Source: Yuukianura sp. NJ FZ-2021 (Eukaryota). Taken from it: a DNA stretch of 64,000 nucleotides. Below the pieces are notes generated by a model. It searched no databases. It worked only from the letters and a program-made list of their open reading frames with translations, and had not been told where the DNA came from. A program made the translations under genes and the position numbers. This document shows, piece by piece, positions 28,327-42,140 of the stretch (position 1 is the first letter of the stretch; every line of letters begins with the position of its first letter). The DNA lies in the NCBI GenBank assembly GCA_046563655.1, contig CM102286.1:2108001-2172000 (forward strand). Reading direction: 5' to 3'.

Positions 28327-30845
28327 TTATTGGTCAACATGTTCAAAATGTCTAAAACGTACTGGAGCTAAAACCAGTTTCCATGCATTCTTGGAACCAG
28401 CCGGCTTTGCGGCCGGGATTTCGTTCAGTGCAGGCTCACTGGCACACTCACTGTCATTGGAATCGAAGACCTTGGCCTCATCAGTAGTTGGCATTTTTGG
28501 GTCACCACCAGAACGTTTTACGGAACGTTTTTCAACTTTGTAAAAACCTATCTCTGCCAGGGCACAAAACCATGCAACTGGTATACACATCAAGTACACC
28601 AGAAATACCACTCTAGTCTTTGTTTTCAAACTAAGCCGCTTGACTGGTGGTGACGATTTTGGTGAATTTTGGTAAATTTTATGAGTTTCATTGGTCATGT
28701 ACACTGAATGTAAATGTTCATAAACTCCAGACTCCACAAAAGCTCTGGCTGGTCGCTGGAAAATGTTGATGAGGGCATGGATAAAGTAAATGTTAAATCC
28801 TTTCAGAAATCCTGGAACAATATGCTGTAAATCATTGTCCGGCAACTTGTAAATTCTTCGGTAAGTTTCTGGATCCAACCGAGCCTTTAACAGCAGTTTG
28901 TTAATTTCGTCTTTTGTATGGATGTAGGCACTCTTTTCACATTGGAGGACTCGTGAAATGGCAGTTTCCTGAACAACCCGGCCATTTACGTCGGTTACTG
29001 GACATGGCGGTGGTTCCAGAAGTTTTACAAGTTGGAGAAGTCCATCGGCCCATTTGGTTGAATTCGTTCCAAAAACAGCTGAATAATTGATACGCTGGAT
29101 GTCGCCATCGACCTCTCCCAGACTCTCTAGAAACTCCATTCGTCTCACGCCATTGAACATTCCCATGGCAATAAATGGGAACGAATAGCTGTTGGCCGTC
29201 ACGGCATCCACCACGATATCATTCTTACAGTCATTTCTTGTTCTGCAACATTCCTCTACGACGTAATTTCCCGAGTAGTCCTGAACCGGTTCAAAGTAAA
29301 AGCGGAACTTATCCCGAATGACTTCGTCGAGAGTGTCGATTCCAAACATGTCAAATGGTTTGATGATATTTGTGGTGACGAAGCCCTTGTATGCATTCGT
29401 CAAAACAAGGGCCACGAGCAGGAACATACTGAATCCGGCTCTGAACCACATGAAAGATTTTAAACGGTTGGAAACTCTTAGCGGATGTTCCAACAAATAT
29501 GACACGGTGACCAAAATGGCGGTATCGGAGAACCGTGACTTGAGTAGCAAATAGTCCGTTACAGCAGCTAGCGTTCCGAAAACGAAAATACCGATAGCCC
29601 AAACAGTTCCTGTATATGGTTCCGAGTATTTGTAGAATCCTAGCTTCCGATGCAGGCCGTCACAAGTGATGACGGAGTGGATGAGACTTTTCACAGGAAT
29701 GAATACTTGGAGTGAACTGGCAACATACATTTTGTTAACAACGTTGTACTTGATGTGCACTCCGTAATAAGGACGCCGACGTCGTTGTATGGTTTCCCTG
29801 TTGACGATGATATAGCTTCTATTGAACGACCTAGTTAAAAACTGAGCCAAAACTACTCTTTGTTTCAATTCTTTCGAGTCGTGTGGCCGATTATGGACGG
29901 AAACGAGTAGCATAACTCTCGTTTTAAAAGATTCCATACCGATCTTCTCCAACTTCGTTTTGGACACACCTAGCATACAGTGATGATTACAACAACGAAC
30001 AATCTTATTTTGATGGTAACCTTCTTTTACCTGTAAAATTTGTATCAACTTCAATTGGAACTTGGGGAAGTTTTCCAATTAGAGGAGTAGTCCAATCGAA
30101 GAAGATCTTCTTTGGTATCAGTTCGGAATGTAGTGCCTTCCAGAGAGTGTAGACAATTACCGGATGAAAGCCAAAATAGCCCTCCGTCATCCTCATCATA
30201 GTAGAAATCTCATTGGTCCTGGGTAAAGTTTTTTCTGGAAAAAAAGAAGAAAATATGTATACGTTTTTGTTTTTACAGTATTTAGTATTCATGTCAATGT
30301 TTACCGCAACACTTACTCCACTTATTCAAATTTGGCGACGCAAGGGCAAGAATGAAGATTTTGACGGGAAATAGTTCCATCGGCAGTGCATCTATCTGGT
30401 TCTGTTTGATCTTAGGACTTGGGCGTCTGTTGACCAGTTCTGTATCCTGGTAGTATATGTTGCTCCAGCGAGTGGCTAGGTAATACTGGGCGTCTCTAAC
30501 TTGCGAAGGTTTCCTGGTGTACAACAGTACCACATTGACACAGCGCAGTTGCTTCATGAAAAAGTTTTGTAGAACTCTGTCGCAAACTCCAGTCTTGGAA
30601 TTGTTCACAGTCCCAACGTAGTTTGGATTCGGTTCACATGAAGGGGGCATTCCCTTTGTATACACGTATTCTCTATCTGAAAAAGCGACTGGATACGTAC
30701 TTGCCACCATGTTCAGTCCCCGCTTGTAAACTATCATGTGGGTGTAGCAGTTCTCGGCATGAGTCAAGAAAACATCCAGATTAATCAGTAAACAGCTAGA
30801 TTCAATTAATATGCACATAAAAAAAATGAACGGCATGAGCAACAT
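28327..30845 (-). CDS. Divergent ionotropic-receptor-like multi-pass membrane protein
   Basis: Signal peptide, long ectodomain, EPYTGTVW+TM1, LVLTNAYKGFVTT (degenerate M3), FVESGVY (S2 end) and final TM VVFLVYLMCIPVAWFCALAE in iGluR/IR order. Confidence 0.6.
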
Positions 30846-30907
30846 GGCTGCTATGCTACTGCAGAAAAGTTCTCGAACTGTCCGAAAATCTACCGAGAAT
30901 TTAGAAC

Positions 30908-30998
30908 AAACGTTGACGAAACGCTACTAAAGGTAGAGTAAACGTTACTAAACGTTGAATAAACGTTGTTAAACGCTACTAAAATGTTAAATAAACGT
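30908..30998. repeat. Degenerate ~11-bp tandem repeat (TAAACGTTG / AAACGCTAC units)
   Basis: About 7 copies of aaacg(t/c)t directly upstream of the IR-like ATG. Confidence 0.6.
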
Positions 30999-31653
30999 TG
31001 AAGGTAATGAACTAACCAATTGGACTGAATAATTATGTATTACTATGTTGCTAAGGTTAAAAACTCTTCCACAGTATTCATTTCTTACAATCATGTTCGT
31101 GTTATTGACGAGTTCCTCAACGCGCTGAAGAGTGATCCCTTAAGCGTGAGCTCTTTACCGAAAAATATCTCCCCAGGGTTGAAAATGAGTTAAACTTTTA
31201 ACTCTGGGGAGTGGGCACGAAAGTTAATCAAAAAATTGGGAGTTGTTTTCCGATTCGATTGAAGAGGCATGTTCAAGGTCGCTTGAATCACGATATTCAT
31301 TTAAACTCCTTACAAGTTTATTGGATTGCAAATGGTTAATTTCAAACCGTTGAAAATAGCATTAGGTAACATAAAAGTATACCCTAAAATCGAAAAATAC
31401 TTACCTAATATCACTGGCTTATGAAGTATATTATTGGTACGGTCGTCACACGTACGTCAATAGCCAATTGGTATTGACAACGTTATGCTAAAAGTGTGAG
31501 ACTTTTCCAGCAAATAGTAAAATACTCAAACGTTTAAAAAAATATATCCGACAGATCGAAAGACAAGGGCCATATGCTGGAATCGAGCTCGCAGCTGCTT
31601 GGACAGATATGACTTGGCGTAACTGACCTTAGGCTTATCGAGAGTGTCAATTA

Positions 31654-33341
31654 TTAATCGTCTTTCCGTTTCCGGACATAATCCTGAAAGCAAAATTCAG
31701 AGTTCGTTTAATAAAGAAGCTGATTGGTTAGAATCTACAGCATTCTTATTTCTTACCAGTATAATTCTCTTGGAATGAACAAAATATGGCTCCGTAGCTA
31801 CCGAAGCTTTGTTGAATTCCGTCGCGTTGAACATTTGCATCGAAAGTTCCAGAATATCTTCTTCAATTTCTGCTGATGATGAAGCCCCGTCGTTCCGTCG
31901 ATTTCCAAACTTCTTATTGTAGGCACGTACTTCTTCGTAGAAATTTTCAACACTTTTCTTGGACTTTCCAAACACAAACGAGAACACGGCTATCCAATGC
32001 AACAAGATGCATTTGAGGCCTGTTTCTAGTGTCCAGGGAGGAGAGATCTTCAGGCACTGCAGCCAGTTGTCCCCAAAGTCTTCCTTCATTTGAAATTCAA
32101 TGATCTAGAACAAACAGAAATTTTAGCGGTTTTGCTCATGTGGCCAGAAGCGAATCGTTAGTTAAAAATTTTTTTTTGAGAAACATTTTTCTTACGTAAG
32201 CAACTGTATTACGCAGGATTTTCATAGCATCGGCAAAACTTTCACACTTGAGGTCGGAAGAAACATTTTTGGGTGTGCGTTTTCTGATAGGTGTAAATGA
32301 TGCCTCCGGAATGATGTCAGAGTGAGGTTTAGTAGGAGAACGACCGCGTTTCCTGGACGTATCTTTTACTTCTTTGATTGGTGAAAAGTCAGTAGAAAGT
32401 TTACGTTGGATGAGTTGTCGTTTTGGTCTGGACGATGACGGCACTATGCTTCTGCTGGGATTTGATTTATATGTTGTACTTTTTCCATTGTCGACATTCT
32501 TCTTTCCACAGAGAGGTTGAGCAACATCGCTCCTATTTGTATACTCCAAGGTCAGTCGTTTGATTTCCTTCAATGCAGAATCTCCATCACAGACAATCAG
32601 ATTGTCGTTGTTCACAGCCATGGCTTTGTTTCGTAAATTCTTATCGTTAGTCATGAACACCTATGTGTAAAAAAATCAATCTGCGCGATGGGAATTATCT
32701 GGAATAAATGTAAAAGTTAAACTTACAACGTGAGCTTGAGACCATTTTCGACACCAATGAAGAGCACATTGTAAAATACTGTCATCCTCGTTAGATCCCG
32801 GGAACTCTTCCTTTGACTCTGCAAGTTCCGACGGTCGTTGAGGCCGCAAACGAGGATGCTTCTTGAGCAGTAGCTCATTTATGTAGTTGATGGCAAGCTG
32901 TGCACCTCGATTCTTTTTGCGAAGTCCATCGAGCTCCTGAAGAACCATCCAAGGAAGTATCAACAATCTAGGAAAAGTAGGAGAAGAATCATCCGTGTCT
33001 TCCCCAATCAGTACTCGGACCCGGTGTAGCGAGTCTACAGATTCAATCACATTTAGTTTCCTTACTTCCAGCATTTTTACGCAATGGTTGCTTACGAATG
33101 AATATGTTGGTATCTGGAACAACAATAACTTCTTGACCTCGGAGTAAGACCGTGTCGTCGACACTGTGCATTTCTACGTCCATCATTATGATATCCATAA
33201 CGTTCTGGGCAGTAACAGCATTGGACCAGCCATCGTTGTCTCCTCCAGTCGTCTACATTATTAAAAAAACGACGGCCATCTTCTATTATCGAATTTTGAA
33301 CGAATTTGAGTTTTCAAAAAAAATCCTACCTCCCATTCCAT
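31654..33341 (-). CDS. SWT1: SWT1-like PIN-domain endoribonuclease
   Basis: Spliced IVVPDTNIFI, ILPWMVLQELDGLRK, NEDDSILQCAL, FMTNDKNLRNKA (PIN acidic residues present) plus C-terminal PPWTLETGLKCILLHWIAVF. Confidence 0.8.
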
Positions 33342-33878
33342 TGTCTCGGTCGCCATCCCTGCTCGATCACGACAGCCTTGCGCCGATCTGCCACTACCTT
33401 AACTTTAATTAATAGTTAGCAACCAATACTAACTGTTTCTGCCTGCTCTCATTTAAAATGAAACTGATTTGATTTTCATAAACACACAAAAAAGAACAAA
33501 CCAAAAGCGAAAAAAATTCAAGCAAAATAATTTTTTTTTAACTTTAGTAGCTTCCCGCGCGTCAGTTTTCAAATGCAAAATTTTACCAACAGATGACGCG
33601 CTTTCATAATTAAAAACAACAAAACGACGCCATGTTATAATGTTGAAAAGGAGAAAGGCCAAAACTCTATCAAAAGTATTGTTGCGTTGCGTTGGTGGTA
33701 ATCCAATGAAACGTGGGGTTAAGATCGATTTGGGGTTTGGGGATCATATCATTTTTCTGAATTTCTGCATTGCAAAGTTTAGATGAACAAAATTCAAAGA
33801 AACAAAAAGTTAGTTGGTGTTTATTTTGTAGAGAAAGTTAGCGTAACTTTTGTAAAAAAAAGTGTTAAAATTTTTTTT

Positions 33879-36800
33879 TCAAGCGTTTTCCACGGACGAT
33901 GCTGAGGATCTACTGCTACTATGCTCATGTTCCAACGATCGACCAGATTTTAGTCCATCCAACCCTAAAGGTTTATTGTTGTTTGGCTCCAATTCCAGTG
34001 GCAATTCAGCGTCAATTTTTTGAAAGCCGTGTTTTCTTCGTCCTTGTTTTGTAATTCGTGCAATGTCCAATGCCGTTTCGTTCCTAAATCCGGCTTGGCC
34101 CAGTGCCCTCTGGATTTCCGATTCTGTCAAGCTGAGTCCACTGCTTTTTGAACTCGGCGGAGTAGAAACGTCGGAGTCTCTATTCGGAACTTCCTGGTCG
34201 TGTACATAGTCAATTCGGTTTATCAACACATGCTTACTGGGAAGCAATTCATCGGCGACACTTTCATCATTGACGACACTGACACTGCAAGACGACACTT
34301 TGCTACTTTCGTCACCTGAATTCAAGTCATCCCGCTCTCTCCATTGACCACGGTGAATTTGACGCAGGCTCACATCCGATGTCGGTCCAGGAGCAGAAAC
34401 TGACCGTGCGTTTCTGACGGGTTTGTCGGTATCGGTGTTTCGGATATCGAACTCTACGGTATTCTGGGCTTCGGCTGTGTTCGGTGAAGTATATTTCGGA
34501 AAAAACGATGTCGTAGAGTACTTGATCGATCCGTACCCAAATTCCATGTGATCCAAGGCATCGTCCTTGGGAATTCCAACGTCCATTCGCAGCTTATCCA
34601 GCATTCCCATCATCCGCTCCTAACAACCAAAAACTTTGAATTTCAAAATTCAAAATTTTTTCCCGCGTAAATTTCCTTACACCTGAACACATACCAGTTC
34701 CAGATCTTTGTTTGCTTCAACATGAGTCATGAAGAGACTTTTCAGTCCTTTGTTCGTAAAAACTTCGCGTTTGATTATGTCATCGGTCACGGCCGTGATG
34801 AAGTTTATGTATTTGTCATTCGACGCAGAATTTGGACAATTCCCGAAAACTCTACAAAAAATTTCGAAAAAAAGAAGTTATTTTTGATTTTTGAAATTTT
34901 TGTGTGATGAGATAGGCTTACTTCTGTCTTGGTTGGATTTTTTTTTTACTTTTAACAATTTGAGTCTAAACAATTTCGATTTCCAAAAATCAAAAATTTC
35001 TAAAATGTGCAAAGTCTTACGGTTTCAGAATTCTTGTGTTACTTGTCGTTGCTCCTCCCTTTATGGACGATCCAGAAGTTCCTTTTGGATTACTTATTTG
35101 TACAGATTCGGATTGACTCAACTCTTGATTAATTGATGAAGCTACGGTAGACAGATTCGATTTGTATTTGGTCAATCCCATTGATTTAGACTTGGACTCC
35201 ACATGAACTTTCTTGTTCATCATGCTTTTCCTCTTTTCTGGAGTGGACTCCCGAGTTGTAATTTTACTTTCACCACTTGAAAATCCATAGGCAGAGTCTC
35301 TACTTGAGTCTTTATTGACATATCCAGGAACTACGGAAGATGATGATACCATCGGAGAACCAATTTTAGATCGACCAATTACGGTATTGATTGAATTTGA
35401 ATTTCCCGCAATGCTATTTCTTGATGTGGCCAACCAATCAGGTAGGACAGAACCGCTCAGAAGCATTTGATCCAAAACTGCCGACGATCTTGCGTTACTT
35501 GGACTCTTGGATTTGGTTTTTCGTTGTTTTGAATTTTTTGAATTTGATTCTGAAACTAACGAAGTCATGAATCGCTTTTCTGTCAAGTAATCGCTTCCAG
35601 CGATGGACCCCTGGAATACAAAAAAAAAATTGAAAAATACTGATTTCTGGAGAAAATTTTTTCTTCTCCTGAACTGAAATTTTGACTTTTTCTTCGCCTG
35701 GTATGCTAAAGTTTGGATTTTTAGTTTACTTACAATGGAACCTGAATTTGGACTTGAAAAATTTCGCGCGTTTTTCACTTTCGGCTGTTTGGATTTGAGC
35801 GTAGACAGTTTTTCATCTTTTTTGAAAAGTTTTGTGGGTGGCGTCGAAGTAGATTCTTTAGGTTTCGGAAGATTTGAGTTTCCGACGGCCATTTTCTTTG
35901 GTTTTGGTGTCAAATTTGACTTGATTGTCATTGACGTTTTGCTTGGAGGTTTTTGTCTTGGTGGTTTTTCTGCCTGGACATGCGGCATGAAGCATCTAGA
36001 ATGTCTTCCGAGTCCCACCTTGGACCCACCACTGTTCTTGGAAGCCACGCGGAAGTGGCTGACTGAAGACCGGAGTGATTGGTTGTCATCGATTAGTGGA
36101 TCTTGTAGTTGGTCCAAGTACAAATTGATTTTTTCAGAAATTGGCATTTGGTGGTGACAACTAGGTTCATCCTCACCATCAGTATCGGACATCACGGCTA
36201 CGAAAGTATCGCAAAAAAAAATTTGAGGTCAAAGGTCACTCTATTTAAAACTCTGTATCTTAAGAAATTGAAGCCTAATTTTAAATTTAGTATGTACCTT
36301 CCGATAGATTGTTAAGCTCTGACTGATCGAACAGGATTTGGTACGAGCTGACTTTTGCAACTGGACCAGGAACAGAACGCACTGCTCGAAGCGCCGTTCT
36401 GCTTAGAGCTGTAGGTGAGTCACGACCTTTGACCTTCCCCGCACTACTTGTGGCACTGCTTAGCTTCTTCACAAGCTTCATTGTAGAAGCCTACAAAGTG
36501 GCAGATTAATTGATTAACTAATTACTTTGGAAGTTAAGTTTAGACTTTACCTGGAGAGCAAGGGTACTGGAAGATGGTTTCCTTGGAGCATTGGTTTGAA
36601 CACGGGGTTTAACATTGAGCAATCTTCGATAATGGTTTGCCATATGTGAGTAGGTCAGCCATTGCCCAGACACGGTTGTAGGAACCGTGGGAATGGCCAC
36701 AAAAGCTATTCAAAAAATTGAAAAACACAAGTTTTTAAAAAAGTTTATTTTTATTTTTTAATAGTTAGGATTTTAATAACTTACGATTTGATTTCCTCAT
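33879..36800 (-). CDS. SPATA7: Spermatogenesis-associated protein 7 (HSD3) homolog, ciliary
   Basis: N-terminal GQWLTYSHMANHYRRLLNVKPRVQTNAP and C-terminal KYINFITAVTDDIIKREVFTNKGLKSLFMTHVEANKDLE..MMGMLDKLRMDVG resemble the two conserved SPATA7 blocks. Confidence 0.7.
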
Positions 36801-38493
36801 TCCGGAAGTTTTGCAGGAACAACTTGTTGTAAAGAAACGATCTAGAGAAACGTTTCTGAATTTGAACTTTGGCACAGTTCAGTGATGAATACAAAGAAAA
36901 ACATGTCAGCAGTGACCAAAATGCAAGTGAAAAAAGAAAAGTTTTAGTAAACTTCGAGAAACAAAAGAGCTAGAAAACTCTGGTTGTCAGATCGATATTT
37001 TTGAAAATTTTTTAAATTGAGAACAAAATCACCATCACCAACCTATATGCTTATTCACGAGATTTACATTCTAATGTACCGTGGCGCTGGCACACACCTA
37101 TTCTGCTTTCTAGTGAAAACTTGAAGTACGAATATAACTTTCTGTTTAGTCGAAATGACTTATAGGAGTATTGAATTAACGATTAATCACTCCAAGACTC
37201 AGTCAATTTCCGGAAGTACATTATGAAATAACCATTTGAATAATTACACACAAGAGCCTCAAACTATTGATTTCCTTTTCCCTCCAAAGTGAAAGTGGGA
37301 GTGAAAGACTTTTCTGAAAACTTTCTACTTCTCTGAATATCGCATTAGCAAAAAAAACCCTGCAGCAGGAGAGACCAATAATATCAAAATCCAGGAACCA
37401 AAAAAGTTCTACCCATCGTGAAAAAAAAATTTCACAACAAACATTTCCTGACATCGATCCAATTTCCCTTTTATACACACTAAAAAATTAAAAGGAAAAC
37501 GAAATTGGAAAAAAAAATTTGAAACTGATGCAAACACTTTAAATCCCTGCTTCAAAAATTTAAAATTAAGTCCATCTCGTTTCTAATTTTTTTTTGTTGG
37601 CAAGGGTCAACAGCCGACTTCCATTCTTTTACTAATGAAATTTCGCAAGTTCAAACTCAGTCGAAAGCCAAAAAGCAGGCTGCTATTTACCAAATGCGAT
37701 GTACAAGAGTTGAACATTTGATGTAATTCAAATTCCAAACGATAAAGAAAAACTTCCATTAAGTGTACATTTTTATTTTACTGAAATTCAAAAAGCAACA
37801 AAAATTAATTTACACACACAATTTAATAATTCTTGTATTCTAGATTCAGTAATGATCATCATGCATGCAGATGCAATACATATTACAATACGAAATCCGA
37901 CCATCATTTTGCCAGCCTGCGCTTTATGAGTCACTTACTTTTTTTTTACTCATTTCGTCACAAATTAACATTTTGATGCGAATTTGTCATAAAAATTATT
38001 CCGCGAATATATTGCCATTTCTTGCGACGGATAAATGTAGGTGTCGCTTCGCTATTTTAAGAAAACCTTCTAATGTTCTAATATTACGGCTTGCATGTTG
38101 CCTCTAGAGTAAATGCACGAATTACAATTAGTGCATTTTCCCTACTGTTTCTGCTTACAACTCGGATTTTTTTTTGCACAGTTTTTGGCATCCGACGCCT
38201 GAACAGCGCTATTTAAAACTCAAGGCAATAATAACAAGTCGCCGTTTTAGATTATTTGGCAATATGAACATAAATAGCCAGCCAGTTCCGCCAGCAACGT
38301 CATGCAAAAACAAGCCAAAAGTTTTGTTTAAAGTCGGATCTGTTCGCGAAATCCCTCAAAGACTTTTCTAAGATTTGGTGGAGTGGAGGAGGTGAGTAGA
38401 TTTCTGAAACAGTCGAATCAGCTCAAAACTTCACTTTTCAAAAACGAAAAACTTGTTTTTTAAAGTTTTTTTTACAGTTTAAAAAGAGTAACA

Positions 38494-39209
38494 ATGGGTG
38501 CAGATTACTCATCCCTTGAGACTCCGCTTGTGCCGCAACAAGTTCCGATTTGTGCCGTGGAACCGCGATTTTGCCTTTCAAAATCCGTACAACTCCGAAT
38601 TCGGGAAAAAATTTCTTCCTTTTCAGGAGATGACTTTAAAATTTCTGACGCCATGGATGGCACTGTGTACTTCCGATGTGATGGCAGAGCATTTAGCCTT
38701 AGAGAGAAGAAGACGCTGCTGGACAGCATGGGCGTTCCAGTGCTCAACATGAAAAACTCACTCACGAGCTGGACAGACAAGTACACAGTTTACGCTGGAG
38801 ATAGTTCAGTCAGGGTAAAACAAAAATTAGAATACTGCGCCGCCTAAGCCAATCCCGCCCGTTTCTTATTAAATGAAAACTTTTTTTTCAATTTTTTGTT
38901 TAGAAAATTTGCAAATTTGAAACACAGTGGAACTTTGTCAAGGCCAAAATGTATGCCCCATTTAGGGACGTTGTTACTGGAAAACCACGGTGCGTTGTAC
39001 TCAAAGGTGACTGGAGATCAAAAGTAGCCTTGATATATCTCGGAGAACCGAAACAAGGTGGAATTCCGATTGGAAAAGTATATCGACCTTTGACCGGAAG
39101 ATCATTATTCTTTGGAGTTGACGACTACTTTATTGAAATTGCACCGGGCGTTGACATTGCACTGCTTGTCATCATGTGCATTGCCCTCGACGAACACAAA
39201 AGAGACTGA
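38494..39209 (+). CDS. LURP-one-related (LOR / Tubby-C-like scramblase fold) protein, copy 1
   Basis: SFSGDDFKISD..GTVYFRCDGRAFSLREKKTLLD..GVPVLNMK and DDYFIEIAPGVDIALLVIMCIALDE; phase-0 intron 38815-38903. Confidence 0.85.
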
Positions 39210-40233
39210 CTCAAGGAAATTACCAACAATAGTTAATTTAAATTCAATTCATATATCAAAAAAGTGCAATGCAAAAAACAAGCTGTGAATATAATCTATA
39301 AAAGTCTTTTAAGTCTTTGCCGCCGTCAGTGTAACTAACAATAAGTTTTTTGTTAAAAAAAATAAAGCTTCACATCAAATGAGATTATGAAGCAAAGTAC
39401 TGCCAGTTTTTTTAATGTACGCCATACCGGCATTTGGGTTGAAGTAAACTTGGGCTGCCAGAGTGTGCCCACTCATTCAAATTTTCAAATTTTTTACATT
39501 AACTTGCATCTGCGCGTAATAAAAGCTATTTCGCAAGTACAACTGATTTCTTCGGAAGGCAAAATTCTGAAATTTGGAAATTTGAAACGTTAAAAACACT
39601 AGGGAAAGAAAATGTACTGTAAAAGAAAAAAAGTTCTTTAAACAGAGTTTTCAAAAAAAATAAATGCAATACATATTAGAAAACAAAATCCGACCATCAT
39701 TTCGCCAACCTGCGTTTTATGAGTCACTTACTTTTTTTTTTACTCATTTCGTCACAAATTAACATTTTGATGCGAATTTGTCATAAAAATTATTCCGCGA
39801 ATATATTGCCATTTCTTGCGACGGATAAATATAAGTGTCGCTTCGCTATTTTAAGAAAACCATTCTAATGTTCTAACGGCTTGCATGTTGCCTCTACAGT
39901 AAATGCACGAATTACAATCAGTGCACTTTCCCTATTGTTTCTCTGCTTACAATTTGGATTTTTTTGCGCAGCTTTTGGCATTTGACGCCTGAACAGTGCT
40001 ATTTAAAACTCAAGGCAATAACAACACGCCGTTTTAGATTAGTCTTCCGCCGGCATCGTCATGCAAAAGCGAGCCAAACGTTTTGTTTACAGTCGGATCT
40101 GTTCGCGAAATCCCTCAAAGACTTTTCTAAGATTTGGGGGAGTGGAGAGATTTCTGAATCAGCTGAAAACTTCACTTTTCAAAACTAAAAACTTGTTTTT
40201 TAAAATTTTTTTTCACAGTTTAAAAAAGTAACA

Positions 40234-40948
40234 ATGGGTGCAGATTACTCAGCCCTTGAGGTTCCGCTTGTGCCGCAAAAAGTTCCAATTTGTGCCGTAG
40301 ACCCTCGGTTTTGCCTTCCGCGATCTGTGCAACTCCGAATTCGGGAAAAAATATTTTCAGTATCAGGAGATGACTTTAAAATTTCTGATCCGACGGACGG
40401 AACTGTGTACTTCCGATGTGATGGCAGAGCAAATAGCCTTAGACAGAAGAAGACGCTGTTGGACAGCATGGGCCATCCAGTGCTCAACATGAAAGATGCA
40501 ATCTGGCGATTCTGGAGCTGGACAGACAAATACACAATTTACGCTGGAGATAATTCAGACAGGGTAAAAAAAAATTAGAATAGCACCGCCTAAGCCAAAC
40601 TAACCCATTTCAGAATAACTTTTTTCTTCCTCAAATTTTTAGAAGATTTGCGAATTTAAAACACAGTTGAACTCTGTCAAGACCAAAATGTATGCCCCGT
40701 TTACTGATGTCGTCACTGGACAACAACGATGTGTTGTACTCAAAGGTGACTGGAGAGCTAAAGTAGCCTTGATGTATTTTGGGGAACCGAAACAAGGTGG
40801 AATTCCAATTGGAAAAGTATATCGACCTTTGACGGGAAGATCATTTTGCTTTGGAGTTGACGACTACTTTATTGAAATTGCACCGGGCGTTGACATTGCA
40901 CTTCTTGTCATCATGTGCATTGCCCTCGACGAACACAAAAGAGACTGA
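40234..40948 (+). CDS. LURP-one-related protein, copy 2
   Basis: Same motifs; intron 40564-40642 at the same position; frame intact. Confidence 0.85.
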
Positions 40949-42140
40949 CGATGAGTGAAGGAAATTACGAACAATAATTAAAATTCAATTCATAAATCAA
41001 AAAAGTGCCATGCAAAGAACAAGCTGTGAATTTAATCTGTAAAGGTCTTTTAAGTCTTTGCCGCCTTCTGTTCTTCAACATTGGCCTTCGTTGTAAATAT
41101 TGTGTCAATCTTGTTTTTAAAGAAAAAGAACGTTGTGAAAATGATAATAACTTTGGTGTCCACAATAACATATTTATTTGTAGTGAAATTAAGAAGAAGA
41201 CAATTTGAAACAGCAAAAAAAGTTGTTATCGGTAAAACAGCTTTTAATTTGCTTTCACTTGAACACTTATGTTCCATATCATAATTTCAGCAGGCGTCGA
41301 TTAAGTTTAAATACCGCGCTACCGTGTTGGGTGAACTTTAAATTTTTCATTGAGAAGTTCTACTAAAAATTGTTCGTGTGCACTCCAATTAATTGAAAGT
41401 TGTAAGATTTCACTATTTTTGTAAACAGTCTAAATACTTTAAAATTTTGAGGGCTCCAGGACCAACTAAATTTTGTTTTGAAACTACGGATGTCCCTTTC
41501 AATTTCTCAATTTTATGGCAACAGTAAAATTTGCATGCACCCATCACCCATCCAGTTTTTTTTTCCAGAAAATGAACTCATCTTTTCGGAGTTTAGAAAC
41601 TCCCACACTTCCCATTTTTGCAAAAGCTCAACTCTAATGCAGCTTTGGTTAGCAGCACATTTTGGCCAACATTTTGATGCGCCTGTGTCATAAAAACTTA
41701 CTATTTTCCAAATACATAGCTATTTCTTGCGAAGGAAAAAAATAGTAAGTAGCTGTCGCTTCGCTATTCGCAGAACCTTCTCCATGTCTAGCATGTTGCT
41801 TCTTCTAATTCATTCATTTACTCTTGTGTGTGTAGAATCCTCACTTTTTTGCACAGTTTTTGCAAACGACGCCAAAACATAGCCTTTTCAACTCAAGGCT
41901 ATAACAACACGCCTACTTTTAGATTTATTTCCAATTTGAACATAGTAGCTCTACAGACAGCAAACATCACACGCAAAAACAAGCCCAAAGTTCTGTCTAA
42001 AGTCGGATGTGTTCGCAAAATATTTGCACAGTTTTCTAAGATTCGTGGAGGTGAGTTGATTTCTTCTCAAATAATAGAATCAGATTAGACTTACTTTTCT
42101 AATTTTGTTTTTTAGGTTTTCAATTTTTAAGAACCTTACA

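Noticed and set aside
38174..38371. Repeated ORFs upstream of the LOR genes (also 39964-40188, 41828-42088)
   Set aside because: Duplicated promoter/5'-UTR sequence with frame-shifting indels between copies and non-ATG starts
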